Assembly: GCA_948471035.1 (NCBI GenBank)
Contig: CAOKRC010000002.1
Location: forward strand, 32,591-96,590
Length of the DNA: 64,000 nucleotides
Source: an uncultured Clostridium sp.
GTDB lineage: Bacteria; Bacillota; Clostridia; TANB77; CAG-508
Direction of reading: 5' to 3'
Below are positions 44,931 to 55,515 of this stretch, in pieces. The first letter of the stretch is position 1. Each line of letters starts with the position of its first letter. Below the pieces are notes generated by a model. It had not been told where the DNA came from and made no database searches. It saw nothing but the letters and a program-made list of their open reading frames with translations. The position numbers were made by a program, and so were the translations under genes.

Positions 44931-47345
44931 ATGGCACAAGCGAAAAGAAAGAAAACTACAACAGGGTCAAAGAAAAATAGTAGAAAAAAGCAAAATAAAG
45001 TAGATATAGATTTAGCAGTTGTATCTATGATTATTATTAGTATATTATTAGCTGTATTAATATACACAAGTTCAGGTTACATAGGAAAAACCTTAAGCCC
45101 ATTGTTAGGGGGGATTATAGGTTGGATGAAATATATATTACCAATTGGAACTTTTGCAATTGCAATAAATTTAGCTTGTGAAAAAAAGGAAACATTATCT
45201 CCAAAATTAGTACAATATGGAATTTTCTTAATGTGTATTGCAGTTATAATGTTTATATATCAATTATCGGTAGGAAACATCGATGTAAATGCAGAATTTG
45301 GAACAATCTTAAAACAAAGCTATGAATTAGGACAAAAAAACATTGGTGGTGGAGCAATTGGGGCAATTGTAGGTATACCAATGGTTAATTTGTTAGGAAG
45401 TACAGGAGCAATAATTCTTGCAATAGGAATTGCAATCTTAGTTTTAATATTTATGTTTGGAATTCATCCTGCAAAATATATAACAAGTACAGTAGAGAAA
45501 ATGGAGGAAAGAAAAGAAGAAAGAAAACAACGAAGATTAGAAGAAGATGATGATGAATACGAAGAAGAAATAATAGAAGAAAAACCTAAAAAAATAAGTA
45601 GAAAAGAAATAAAGAGAAATCGTCCAAAAGAATCAATTGATATTCCATTAGATGATGAACAAATAACAATAAACCTAAATGATAAACCAGAAAAAATGAA
45701 GAAATATGAACATGATGAAGATGATTTACTTCCTTTAGGTATGGAAGAAAAGAAGAAACCATCTCCAAATGAATTAGAAGCAAATCTATTTAAAACAGAA
45801 GAACCAATAAAAGAAGATAAAAGTAAAGAAGTATTACAATTAGAACATGCCATAACAGTAGAAGATGAAAACTATGAATTCCCTCCAATAGAATTATTAA
45901 GTGAGGGAGAAGGAAGAAGCTTAAAAGGTGGAAAAAAAGCAATAGCAGATAATGCTACAAAACTTCAAAAAACATTATATAGTTTTGGAGTATCAGCAAA
46001 AGTAGAAAATGTATCAGTAGGACCTGCTATTACAAGATATGAATTAAAACCAGCAGAAGGAGTAAGAGTAAATAAAATAGCAAACTTAGCAGATGATATA
46101 GCACTAAATCTTGCTGCAGCATCTATTCGTATAGAAGCACCAATACCAGGAAAACAAGCAGTAGGAATAGAAGTACCAAATACAGAAACAGAAATGGTAC
46201 ATTTAAGAGATATATTACAAACAAATAGTTTCGTAGATCATAAATCAAAATTAGCATTTGCACTTGGGAAAGATGTTGCAGGAAATGAGGTAGTAACAGA
46301 TATTGCAAAAATGCCACATGTACTTATTGCAGGTTCAACAGGTTCTGGAAAAAGTGTATGTATAAATACTCTAATAACAAGCATCATATATAAAGCAAAG
46401 CCAAGTGAAGTAAAATTATTAATGGTAGACCCTAAAGTAGTTGAATTATCTGTATATAATGGAATACCACACTTACTTATACCAGTTGTAACAGACCCTA
46501 AAAAAGCAGCAGGGGCACTTGCTTGGGCAGTACAAGAAATGGTTAATAGATATAGTTTATTTGCAGCAAAAGGAGTTAGAGACTTAAGTGGATATAATGA
46601 AGCTATAGAAAAAGAAGGTTCTGCTGAAAAATTACCACAAATTGTAATAGTTATAGACGAGCTTGCAGACCTTATGATGGTAGCAGCAAAAGATGTTGAA
46701 GATGCTATTTGTAGATTAGCACAAATGGCAAGAGCAGCAGGAATGCACCTTGTTATTGCAACACAAAGACCATCTGTTGATGTTATTACAGGTATAATTA
46801 AAGCAAACATTCCATCAAGAATTGCATTTGCTGTATCATCACAAGTAGATTCAAGAACAATACTTGATATGGTTGGAGCGGAGAAATTATTGGGTAAAGG
46901 AGATATGCTATTTTATCCATCAGGTGCACCAAAGCCTACTAGATTACAAGGTGCGTTTGTATCTGATAAAGAAGTTGAAAAAATTGTTGATTTCTTAAAA
47001 TCTAATGGAGACGTACAATATAGTGAAGATATAATAGAAACAATAGAAAAATCAAATTCTACAGATAAAGACTTAGAAAGAGAAGAATGTGATGATGATA
47101 CAGATCCATTTTTAAATGATGCAATAGAAACAGTAATAGAAACAGGGCAAGCATCAACTTCATTTATACAAAGAAGATTTAAAGTTGGATATGCTCGTGC
47201 AGGTAGAATTATTGACCAAATGGAGGAAAGAGGCGTTATTTCAGGATACCAAGGAAGTAAGCCAAGGGAAGTGCTAATGAGCAAAGAAAGATGGCAAGAG
47301 CTTAATATGGCAAAAACAACTACTGAAGAGGAGAAAATAAATTAA
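44931..47345 (+). CDS. ftsK: DNA translocase FtsK/SpoIIIE
   Basis: N-terminal TM domain, acidic linker, motor domain (GSTGSGKSV, VIDELADLMM), gamma winged-helix C-terminus. Confidence 0.95.
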   Translation: MAQAKRKKTTTGSKKNSRKKQNKVDIDLAVVSMIIISILLAVLIYTSSGYIGKTLSPLLGGIIGWMKYILPIGTFAIAINLACEKKETLSPKLVQYGIFLMCIAVIMFIYQLSVGNIDVNAEFGTILKQSYELGQKNIGGGAIGAIVGIPMVNLLGSTGAIILAIGIAILVLIFMFGIHPAKYITSTVEKMEERKEERKQRRLEEDDDEYEEEIIEEKPKKISRKEIKRNRPKESIDIPLDDEQITINLNDKPEKMKKYEHDEDDLLPLGMEEKKKPSPNELEANLFKTEEPIKEDKSKEVLQLEHAITVEDENYEFPPIELLSEGEGRSLKGGKKAIADNATKLQKTLYSFGVSAKVENVSVGPAITRYELKPAEGVRVNKIANLADDIALNLAAASIRIEAPIPGKQAVGIEVPNTETEMVHLRDILQTNSFVDHKSKLAFALGKDVAGNEVVTDIAKMPHVLIAGSTGSGKSVCINTLITSIIYKAKPSEVKLLMVDPKVVELSVYNGIPHLLIPVVTDPKKAAGALAWAVQEMVNRYSLFAAKGVRDLSGYNEAIEKEGSAEKLPQIVIVIDELADLMMVAAKDVEDAICRLAQMARAAGMHLVIATQRPSVDVITGIIKANIPSRIAFAVSSQVDSRTILDMVGAEKLLGKGDMLFYPSGAPKPTRLQGAFVSDKEVEKIVDFLKSNGDVQYSEDIIETIEKSNSTDKDLEREECDDDTDPFLNDAIETVIETGQASTSFIQRRFKVGYARAGRIIDQMEERGVISGYQGSKPREVLMSKERWQELNMAKTTTEEEKIN

Positions 47346-47361
47346 ATATAATGCATAATAT

Positions 47362-47390
47362 GCGGGTCGTCGATGGCGACGACCCCTACA
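47362..47390. repeat. REP-like element (GGGTCGTCG/CGACGACCC subtype, inverted)
   Basis: gcgggtcgtcgatggcgacgacccctaca. Confidence 0.7.
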
Positions 47391-47407
47391 ACACAATAAA
47401 TCAATAT

Positions 47408-47436
47408 ATGTAGGGGCAGGCCCTGTGTCTGCCCAA
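47408..47436. repeat. REP-like element (forward)
   Basis: atgtaggggcaggccctgtgtctgcccaaat. Confidence 0.8.
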
Positions 47437-47466
47437 ATAGGTTATCAATAAATGTAATGCAAACAA

Positions 47467-47496
47467 CGTAGGGGCAAACGCCCTCGTCTGCCCAAA
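47467..47496. repeat. REP-like element (forward, GGGCAAACG/CGTCTGCCC subtype)
   Basis: cgtaggggcaaacgccctcgtctgcccaaatagg. Confidence 0.8.
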
Positions 47497-47531
47497 TAGG
47501 ATTGATTTTTCATTGGAAGGAGAAGAATGAT

Positions 47532-49106
47532 ATGGATACAGAAAAATTATTTTCAAAATTAAATTCTAAAGATTATAATAATCAACTAGAAATAATACTT
47601 GAAAATAAAGATTTTTCTGTAAATGTAAAAAATCTTCTCCTTTCTATGTTATATAAAATTGAAAATGGATATAAAGACTATACAATAGTTAAAAGAATAG
47701 TTCAGGATAAGAAAACGTATATTGAAGATATTCTAAAAATTATTAAAGAAGAATGTGAAAAAATCATTATTGCAGAAGAAGGGTCTGGGGAAGCAAAAGA
47801 ATTAGAAGAAGAGAAAAGAAACTTTTTAGTAAATACATTAGAAAATACAATTTATCTAATGTATCCAAATGAAAGTTTACTCTTATATACTCTTTATAAA
47901 TTGGATAATAAACAAATATTTTTAGATGAAAAATATAATTTAATTAGAAATGCGTTGTCAAATCTTTTAAATGCAGGAGAAAATATTAACAATATAGAAG
48001 TAATACGTGATTTTAACGGATGGAATTGGAATACTTTAAATAGAGAAATTCCTGAGATTACTACAAACCTTATTTATCAAAATTTAATTTATCTTTTAGG
48101 AATTGATTTTATAAAAAATTTAGTTCATACAGAAGAAATAGTTGATTATATAGAATTAATTGAAAACAAATTGGTATGTCTTTATGGTAGAGTTAATACA
48201 AAGGAAATGCTAAATCAAATTTATAAAATAGCAATTATTATTTGCACACAGAAAAATGAAGTAGAAAAAAAGCGTCTATTAGATGAAAAAGAAAGTTTAG
48301 AAAAAGAATTAGAAAGATTAAAAGATAAATTTAAACTACTAAATGAAATATCGACTATAAAAAAAGAAGCACTAAGCAAAATAAAAAAAATAGACAATAT
48401 ATTAAATGATAAAAAATTATTAGAAGAAGAATACAAAAAGAGAAACGAAAAAAGAGCAAAGTACAATAAAATTTTTAGTATAAGCCATTTAACAGAAATT
48501 TTAAATAAGGAAAGAAACAAAGAACTTAGGAGAATAGAAGAAAATAACCATTTATTAGAACCAAAGTATTATGTACAAGTAACTAATAATTTAGAAAAAC
48601 AATTAGAATTATTAGAAGATATAGGAAAAGAAGAACAAGAAGAAAATAAGTTTAAATATTTAATAAACCTACAAAAACTATTTATAAAGTGTTTTTATAT
48701 AAAAATAGAAAATGCAAAAGAAAAAGAAGAAATAGTAAATTTACTATATATGTTAAGATATTATATTCTAATTTTTATTACAGGTGAAACACAAATAAAA
48801 GATACAAATGAACTAAAAAAAGAATTAGAAGATATAGAGAAATTTCTAATAAAAAAAGCATATAATTTAAAAGTATTTAACATTATAACAGATGAAGAAG
48901 AAATAAATAATCAAATTATAACAAGTATTCTAAAAACAAAAATAATTTCACTAGAAAATATAGGCATTGAACTAAAACAAAACGAAGAAAGTTTAGAAGT
49001 AAATATATATGATGGTGACGTCTTTGAAAAATCTATTGTAATACCAATGTTTGAAAAGAAAAAAGTTATAATGAAATTTGGTAAGGTACAAAGGATATTT
49101 ACCTAA
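47532..49106 (+). CDS. hypothetical Lys/Glu/Asn-rich protein (524 aa)
   Basis: Long ORF. The ATG at 47532 follows GGAAGGAG. No family recognised. Confidence 0.6.
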   Translation: MDTEKLFSKLNSKDYNNQLEIILENKDFSVNVKNLLLSMLYKIENGYKDYTIVKRIVQDKKTYIEDILKIIKEECEKIIIAEEGSGEAKELEEEKRNFLVNTLENTIYLMYPNESLLLYTLYKLDNKQIFLDEKYNLIRNALSNLLNAGENINNIEVIRDFNGWNWNTLNREIPEITTNLIYQNLIYLLGIDFIKNLVHTEEIVDYIELIENKLVCLYGRVNTKEMLNQIYKIAIIICTQKNEVEKKRLLDEKESLEKELERLKDKFKLLNEISTIKKEALSKIKKIDNILNDKKLLEEEYKKRNEKRAKYNKIFSISHLTEILNKERNKELRRIEENNHLLEPKYYVQVTNNLEKQLELLEDIGKEEQEENKFKYLINLQKLFIKCFYIKIENAKEKEEIVNLLYMLRYYILIFITGETQIKDTNELKKELEDIEKFLIKKAYNLKVFNIITDEEEINNQIITSILKTKIISLENIGIELKQNEESLEVNIYDGDVFEKSIVIPMFEKKKVIMKFGKVQRIFT

Positions 49107-49156
49107 TAACCAAATATATATTGTAGAAAATATGTGAGAATTATAGGAGGATAAAC

Positions 49157-50804
49157 ATGAAAATAACATTTTTAGGAGCAGCTAAAACTGTAACAGGTTC
49201 AAACTTTTTAGTAGAAGCAGCAGGAAAAAAATTCTTGGTAGACTGCGGAATGTATCAAGGAAAAGCAACAGAGGAAAAAGAAAATGAAGATCCATTTTTA
49301 TATGATGCTTCAAGCATAGATTTTATGCTATTAACCCATGCACATATAGACCATTCAGGAAGAATACCAAAACTATATAATGATGGATATAAAAACCTAA
49401 TATATGCAACAAAAGCAACCTGTGACCTTTGTTCCATTATGCTACCAGACAGTGGGCATATTCAAGAAATGGAAATAGAATGGAAAAATAAAAAAAGAAA
49501 AAGAGAAGGAAAAAAAGAACTACCACCATTATATACAGCTGAACAAGCAACTAAATCATTAGAACTATTTAGAGGAGTAAAATACGACGAAATAATTGAA
49601 ATAGATGAAAACATAAAAGTAAGATTTAATGACGCAGGTCATATGCTTGGTTCAAGTATAATAGAAATATGGGTAACTGAAAATGGAAAAACGGAAAAAG
49701 CAGTATTTACAGGAGACTTAGGAAATAATGATATTCCACTTTTATCATCACCAACAATGATAGAATCAGCAGATTACTTAATAATGGAATCAACATATGG
49801 AAGTAGATTGCACATGAGAAATGATGATAAAGCAGAAATGTTTTTAAATATAGTATCTGAAACACTAGATAAAGGTGGAACTGTAGTAATTCCTTCATTT
49901 GCAGTAGGAAGAACCCAAGAAATAGTATATGAATTAAACAAGTTAAAAGAAAATACAGATGATGAAGAATTTATTCAAAAATATAAAACATTAATGAGTG
50001 TGCCAGTTTACGTAGATAGCCCACTTGCAATATCTGCAACAGAAATATTTAGGGAAAATATGGACTTATTTGATGATGATGTAAAAGAAGAAATGGAAAA
50101 AGGAGATAACCCATTAGAATTTCCAGGATTACAATTCACAAAAACAGCAGAAGAATCAAAAGAATTAAATGAAATGAATAAATCTTCAATAATTATATCT
50201 GCAAGTGGAATGTGTGAAGTTGGACGTATAAAACATCATTTAAAACATAACTTATGGAACCCAAATAGCACAATATTATTTGTTGGATATCAAGCACCTG
50301 GTACTTTAGGGAGCAAACTTGTAAACGGAGAAAAAAAGGTAAAAATATTTGGAGAAGAAATATCTGTAAATGCTAGAATTGAATATATTGAAGGATATTC
50401 TGGACATGCAGACCAAGAGTGGTTACTAAACTTTGTATATTCTTTTATAAAAAAACCAAAACATATCTTTTTAGTACATGGTGAAGAAGAAGCTCAAAAT
50501 GTATTAAAAGAAAAAATACTAAGTACAACAGAAATACCAGTAACAATACCAGACTTTGGAGAAACTTATGAATTAAATGATGAAATAAAAGTAACAAATA
50601 AAATAGAATTACCAACAAGATATAAACCAGTAAGACTAGAAGTTCTAGAAAGAATGCAAAAATTAAAAGACGAAGTACAAGATATGACAGAAATTATAAA
50701 AGAAGAAATAATCCGGAGAAAAAGCAAAAGACGCAGAAGTTGCTTCTATAAATGAAAAAATAAAAGAACTAGAAGCACAAATTGCAAGAATTTTAGAGGG
50801 GTAG
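49157..50804 (+). CDS. MBL-fold beta-CASP RNA-metabolising hydrolase; C-terminus extended by a +1 shift at C50714 (in-frame CGG)
   Basis: HAHIDHSG metallo-beta-lactamase motif, beta-CASP region, GYSGHAD. The junction IIKEEII-G-EKAKDAEVASINEKIKELEAQIARILEG continues the C-terminal coiled coil. Confidence 0.85.
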
Positions 50805-50823
50805 AAAATTTTGGAGAAGAGAT

Positions 50824-52314
50824 ATGCAAGATAAAAAAGAAGAAAAAATGTCTAGAGATGAAATTATAAAATATGTAGATGTTTTAATAGAAGAACATAA
50901 AAATTCATATGACAAAAGGTTAACACTATTATTATATGAATTTTTCTTACGTGCAAATGAAAAATTTGATTGGACTAAACAAGAATTTTTAAAGAAGTAT
51001 GAGAATTTTAGAAATAATGTAAAAGTAATAAAAATCAAAAATATTGGAAAATTTACAGGATATTTTCATTATAAAGAGGATAAACCACAAAATAACGGGA
51101 TATATTTGAATAAATATTTGATTAGAACAATTAATAAAAATTCAGTAGAAGACTATAAATATATAATAGATAATTTTTTCCATGAAGCACTCCACGCAAC
51201 AGACTTGAATAATAAAGACGACAAACTAATAGAATTTGGATTATGTAATATAGATAGAAGTAATAATGAAGAAAACTCAAAAGACGAAATGCTTAATGAA
51301 TATGCAAATGTAGTATCAGCAAGTTTAATTTCCAGTGATGAGCCAATGTATACTGACGATTTGGCAATAAATTTTGCAGATAATGGTTCATATAGCGAAC
51401 TTAATTTACCTGGTTCAATAATGTGTGCTACATTTGGCATAACAGAAATAGAACTTGCCAAAATGAAAGATAAAGGAAGAAAAACATTTGATTTGTATTT
51501 AAAAGAAAAATTCCCATATTTAGATACAGATATAGTAGTTACAGCGTTTGGAGATAATTTAAATTTAATATATAGTTCTACTATAAATAAAGATGAAGAA
51601 AATGTTTCACTAGGACTTCAAAATATTGTAGATACAGCACTTGAAACAATGACTATAAGAATGAGAGAATCTTTTTCATCAAATATAAATATAGAAGAGA
51701 AGTTAGAAAGAATTTATTTTGAAATATATAAGATAGGTCTATTGTTAAAAAAGATAGATGCAAATCACAATCTAGAAGAAAATAAAAAAGTATGTAATTT
51801 GGAAAGACTTGAAAGGGTTTGTGAACTTTTAGGTAGAGTACACTTATATAAGCGATTTTTGAATAACAGAAATAAATTTACAAATGAGGAAATAGAACAA
51901 ATATATGATTGTATAAAACATAGTGACATAGATGAAGATAGAGATTTAGGAGATAAATTAATAGAAAGTAAATTTGAAGAAGATTATCAAGATGATGAAT
52001 ATAGTATATATAATATAGCCCAAAAATACTATTTACAATCAAATGAACCAATAAATGATAATACTGAATTAATTGAACAAATACGAAATAGTTTTAAAAA
52101 GCCATCAATAAAAGAAAAATTAAAAAAAGTTATTGAAAAAATAAAAGGAAAAGAAACAATATCTTTACCAGTACAAGATGACATAGTAGACGAAGCCAAG
52201 TTTATAAATCGTATAAAGTATGAAATGCCAATAATAAATGATAGAAATATATCATCATCAAATCAAAATACAATAAATGGAGAACTTGAAATAGAGAATG
52301 AACAAGGAGAATAG
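50824..52314 (+). CDS. hypothetical protein with an HExxH motif (FFHEALHATD)
   Basis: Long ORF with a GGAGAAG RBS. The single HEALH motif suggests a zinc metallopeptidase-like fold. Confidence 0.55.
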   Translation: MQDKKEEKMSRDEIIKYVDVLIEEHKNSYDKRLTLLLYEFFLRANEKFDWTKQEFLKKYENFRNNVKVIKIKNIGKFTGYFHYKEDKPQNNGIYLNKYLIRTINKNSVEDYKYIIDNFFHEALHATDLNNKDDKLIEFGLCNIDRSNNEENSKDEMLNEYANVVSASLISSDEPMYTDDLAINFADNGSYSELNLPGSIMCATFGITEIELAKMKDKGRKTFDLYLKEKFPYLDTDIVVTAFGDNLNLIYSSTINKDEENVSLGLQNIVDTALETMTIRMRESFSSNINIEEKLERIYFEIYKIGLLLKKIDANHNLEENKKVCNLERLERVCELLGRVHLYKRFLNNRNKFTNEEIEQIYDCIKHSDIDEDRDLGDKLIESKFEEDYQDDEYSIYNIAQKYYLQSNEPINDNTELIEQIRNSFKKPSIKEKLKKVIEKIKGKETISLPVQDDIVDEAKFINRIKYEMPIINDRNISSSNQNTINGELEIENEQGE

Positions 52315-52315
52315 T

Positions 52316-52558
52316 ATGAAGATTCTAGAAAAAATAACAAAAGAAGGAAAACAATATATATGTATACAGAAAGTATTAATTAGTGGTAATATTATATATG
52401 TATGTAGAGAAAAAGACACAAAACAATCTATTTTTTTAAAAGAAAACGAAGAAAATAGAAAACTAGAAGAAACAAAAGATGAAAACATAAAAAAAGAAAT
52501 AGAAAAGTTAATATGTGTAGAAAGACCAGATTATAAAATTAGTATAAAAAATAAATAA
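52316..52558 (+). CDS. small hypothetical protein (80 aa)
   Basis: The ATG at 52316 follows AAGGAG and adjoins the upstream stop codon (TAG 52312-52314; 1-nt gap). Confidence 0.45.
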   Translation: MKILEKITKEGKQYICIQKVLISGNIIYVCREKDTKQSIFLKENEENRKLEETKDENIKKEIEKLICVERPDYKISIKNK

Positions 52559-52724
52559 ATTATATAGTTAATATATTAATAGATGAAATAAGGAGTATAA
52601 AAAACCTCGCTTGGTAAGAGCGAGGAAAATCTCTGCACAATCCTATGAATAAATGAACAATTCATATTAATAATATAACATAATATCCACATAAAGTCAA
52701 CATAAAAAGGAGAAAATAAATAAA

Positions 52725-54683
52725 ATGAAAACAAAGTATTATAATGATGCAATAATAGGAAATAAACAAATGGTAGCAAGTTTCACTAAAAAGGGTGAAT
52801 TATTAAGGTTATACTATAAGTCACCAGATTATAGGCAATTTATCGATTACTTGTACGCAGGGCTTAAAATAAATGATTCTGGTCTTGTAAATTTACATGA
52901 TGATATTAATAATCAATACAATCAATATTATACTGAAAATACCAATATATTAAATACAGAAATTAAAAATACATACTTTAATTTGAAAATTAAGCAATTA
53001 GATTTTATACCAATTAAAGAAAATATATTAGTAAAGAAATATAAATTTATTAATGAAAATAATATTGATTTAGATGTTAAATTTCTGTTACATTCAAAAT
53101 TACTTTCAAATGAAAATAACTTTGTAAGTGCAAAAGTAATAAAACAAGGAATGATTCAATATACACACGATTATTCGCTTGCAGTAGCATCTAAAAAAAC
53201 TAAATTATATAGTTACCAAATAAATGATACTATTAATAACATTCATTCAGGTGTGATTGGAGACAAAGATTATATAGGAATGTCACATGATTCAAGCATT
53301 AGCTTTGATATAGGTATTATAAGACCAAACGAAGAAAAAATACTTGAAATATTTATATGGATAAATGAAAATAGCGAAAATTATAAAATGGACGAAATTG
53401 AAAATGAAGTAGAAAAGATAAGAAAAATTAATTTTGATAAAGAGCTTACAAATACAAAAAAATATTGGGATAAATATGTAAAAGACCATTCTACAATAGA
53501 ATTAAAAGAAAAAACAGAAGGGGAAAGAAAAATAAAAAACATATATACACGAACAATATTACTTTACCCACTTCTTACTAATGATACAACTGGAGGAATT
53601 TCTGCAAGTGTAGAAATAGATGAGGACTTAACTACTTGTGGGAGATATTCTTATTGTTGGCCAAGAGATGCTGTATTTATTACAAAGGCACTAGACATTT
53701 TAGATATGGAAAAAGAAACAGAAAAATTTTATAAAAATTTTTGTAAAAACACACAAAGTAAATCTGGAATGTGGGAGCAACGCTTTTATACAGATGGAAG
53801 ATTAGCACCTTGCTGGGGCTATCAAATAGATGAAACTGCAAGTGTTGTGTATGGAGTATATAATCATTATGAAAAAACAAAAAATGAAAAGTTTTTAAAA
53901 GATACATTCAAAATGTGTGAAAAAGCGGTACATTTTTTAGAGAAATATATAACACAAGTTATGGATATAAAGGAAGAAGATGACATAGTAAAAAAGGAAT
54001 TAGAAGAAGAATATAAAGAAAAATTAGAAAAGATACCAGTAAGTTATGATTTATGGGAAATGCACGAAGGAGTAAGTTTGTATTCAATAGCAAGTATATA
54101 TGCAGCATATGAGGCTATGCTTAAAATATATGAAGTAATAGAAAAAGATACAGAAGGTGCAGGAATTAGACTAAAACAAGAAAGTATAATAAGACATAAA
54201 AAGATAATTTTAAAACAGCTAGCAATAATGAAAAAATATGTGTTAGAAAATTTATATGATGAAACTTTAAAAACTTTTGTAAGAAATATAGAAGATAAAT
54301 TAATGGATATAAGCATATTAGGAGCAATAGTTCCATTTAATATGTTTACAAGTAAAGAAAAGAAAGTTTTAAATACAGTAGAAAAAATAAATTTAACTTT
54401 GCGTACATACACAGGAGGATATAAAAGGTTTGAAAAAGACCATTATAGAGATGGCAATCCATGGGTAATTGCAACACTTTGGATGGCATTATATTATATA
54501 GAAGTAAAAAAATTTAAAGAAGCAAAAGAATGTTTTAATTTTGTAGTAAATTCAAGTACAGAACATGGATTTTTAGCAGAACAAGTGGATAATAACACAA
54601 TGACTGGAAACTGGGTAATAGGCCTTGGTTGGAGTCATGCGATGTTTATTTTAGTATTAGAAAAATTAATGGAGAAACAGTAG
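52725..54683 (+). CDS. glycoside hydrolase family 15 (glucoamylase-like)
   Basis: YSYCWPRDAVF, DLWEMHEG and a C-terminal (alpha/alpha)6-barrel-like region. Confidence 0.85.
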   Translation: MKTKYYNDAIIGNKQMVASFTKKGELLRLYYKSPDYRQFIDYLYAGLKINDSGLVNLHDDINNQYNQYYTENTNILNTEIKNTYFNLKIKQLDFIPIKENILVKKYKFINENNIDLDVKFLLHSKLLSNENNFVSAKVIKQGMIQYTHDYSLAVASKKTKLYSYQINDTINNIHSGVIGDKDYIGMSHDSSISFDIGIIRPNEEKILEIFIWINENSENYKMDEIENEVEKIRKINFDKELTNTKKYWDKYVKDHSTIELKEKTEGERKIKNIYTRTILLYPLLTNDTTGGISASVEIDEDLTTCGRYSYCWPRDAVFITKALDILDMEKETEKFYKNFCKNTQSKSGMWEQRFYTDGRLAPCWGYQIDETASVVYGVYNHYEKTKNEKFLKDTFKMCEKAVHFLEKYITQVMDIKEEDDIVKKELEEEYKEKLEKIPVSYDLWEMHEGVSLYSIASIYAAYEAMLKIYEVIEKDTEGAGIRLKQESIIRHKKIILKQLAIMKKYVLENLYDETLKTFVRNIEDKLMDISILGAIVPFNMFTSKEKKVLNTVEKINLTLRTYTGGYKRFEKDHYRDGNPWVIATLWMALYYIEVKKFKEAKECFNFVVNSSTEHGFLAEQVDNNTMTGNWVIGLGWSHAMFILVLEKLMEKQ

Positions 54684-54712
54684 GGGGTTGCATACCATGC
54701 ACCCCCCTACTG
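54678..54712. repeat. REP-like element (GGGGGTTGCATnnCATGCACCCCCC subtype) that contains the GH15 stop codon
   Basis: cagtagggggttgcataccatgcacccccctactg. The TAG of the GTAGGGG motif is the stop at 54681-54683. Confidence 0.75.
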
Positions 54713-54885
54713 TTTCTCTATTTACCAAAAAGTTTTTACAATTGAAAATATAAAGTTTAAAAAATATGGTATAAAATGGAAAAAATTAGAAAAAATACTT
54801 GATTAATTTGTAAAAAAATGGTAATATAATTAAACAACTTTTGTTGTATAGTAATAAAGGTAGATAGTATGAAAGGAGACATTAT

Positions 54886-55284
54886 ATGAAGAAAATTAAA
54901 AGAGCAACTATTTGCTTTGTAATGGCAGTAGCTTTGTTAATAACTGCTATGGAAATAGGGAGGATTAAAGTTAAGGCGGCAGAACCTTTCTGGGGAGCTA
55001 ATTATCGTAATCCAGGGCAGAGAACAGTAGAGGTTGAGGTAAATGTTACGAGCTCTGTATCAGGTGTTACTTTAAAGACTTGGGATTTTACAGGACCTGT
55101 AACTTTGATGGCTGATGTCTACGATTCTAATGGCACGTTTATAAATCGTCAGTATTTAATCGTAGGACAAAATGAAACTAAAAGTATAAGCATCAATACA
55201 ACCAAAGCGACAGGAACATATAAGGTTCGGTGTACATTCCAATCAGGAGAAGCAGGAGGCTGGATCGGAGTTTGGATTTTTTGA
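54886..55284 (+). CDS. small secreted protein (signal peptide, beta-rich), GC-richer than its surroundings
   Basis: MKKIKRATICFVMAVALLITAMEIGRIKVKA-AEP. GAAAGGAG RBS. In-frame CGG at 55228-55230. Confidence 0.6.
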   Translation: MKKIKRATICFVMAVALLITAMEIGRIKVKAAEPFWGANYRNPGQRTVEVEVNVTSSVSGVTLKTWDFTGPVTLMADVYDSNGTFINRQYLIVGQNETKSISINTTKATGTYKVRCTFQSGEAGGWIGVWIF

Positions 55285-55352
55285 TCTTTAATACTGTAAA
55301 TTAGATTGAATTTATCTACCTTTATTACAGTCAGTTTGTTATTACTGACAGA

Positions 55353-55382
55353 GAGTGCTAGTGATTTAAATCGCTAGCACTC
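55353..55382 (+). terminator. stem-loop after the secreted-protein gene
   Basis: gagtgctag-tgatttaaatcg-ctagcactc, with no strong T run. Confidence 0.4.
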
Positions 55383-55515
55383 TAATCATTTTAATAAACT
55401 AAATTTCTTATTTAATTTTATATAATTACAAAAATAAAAGTAAAGAAATTGAAACTTTTTTTAGAAAGTAGTACACTAATTAAATGAAAGGTGATGAAAA
55501 ATGTGAGTACTCGGA

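Noticed and set aside
47362-47496. The cluster of three GC-rich repeats after ftsK as a mini CRISPR array; likewise the 42-bp tandem repeat at 22637-22825.
   Set aside because: The three units are different REP subtypes in mixed orientation with unequal spacing. The 42-bp repeat is contiguous with no spacers and lies in frame inside a CDS.
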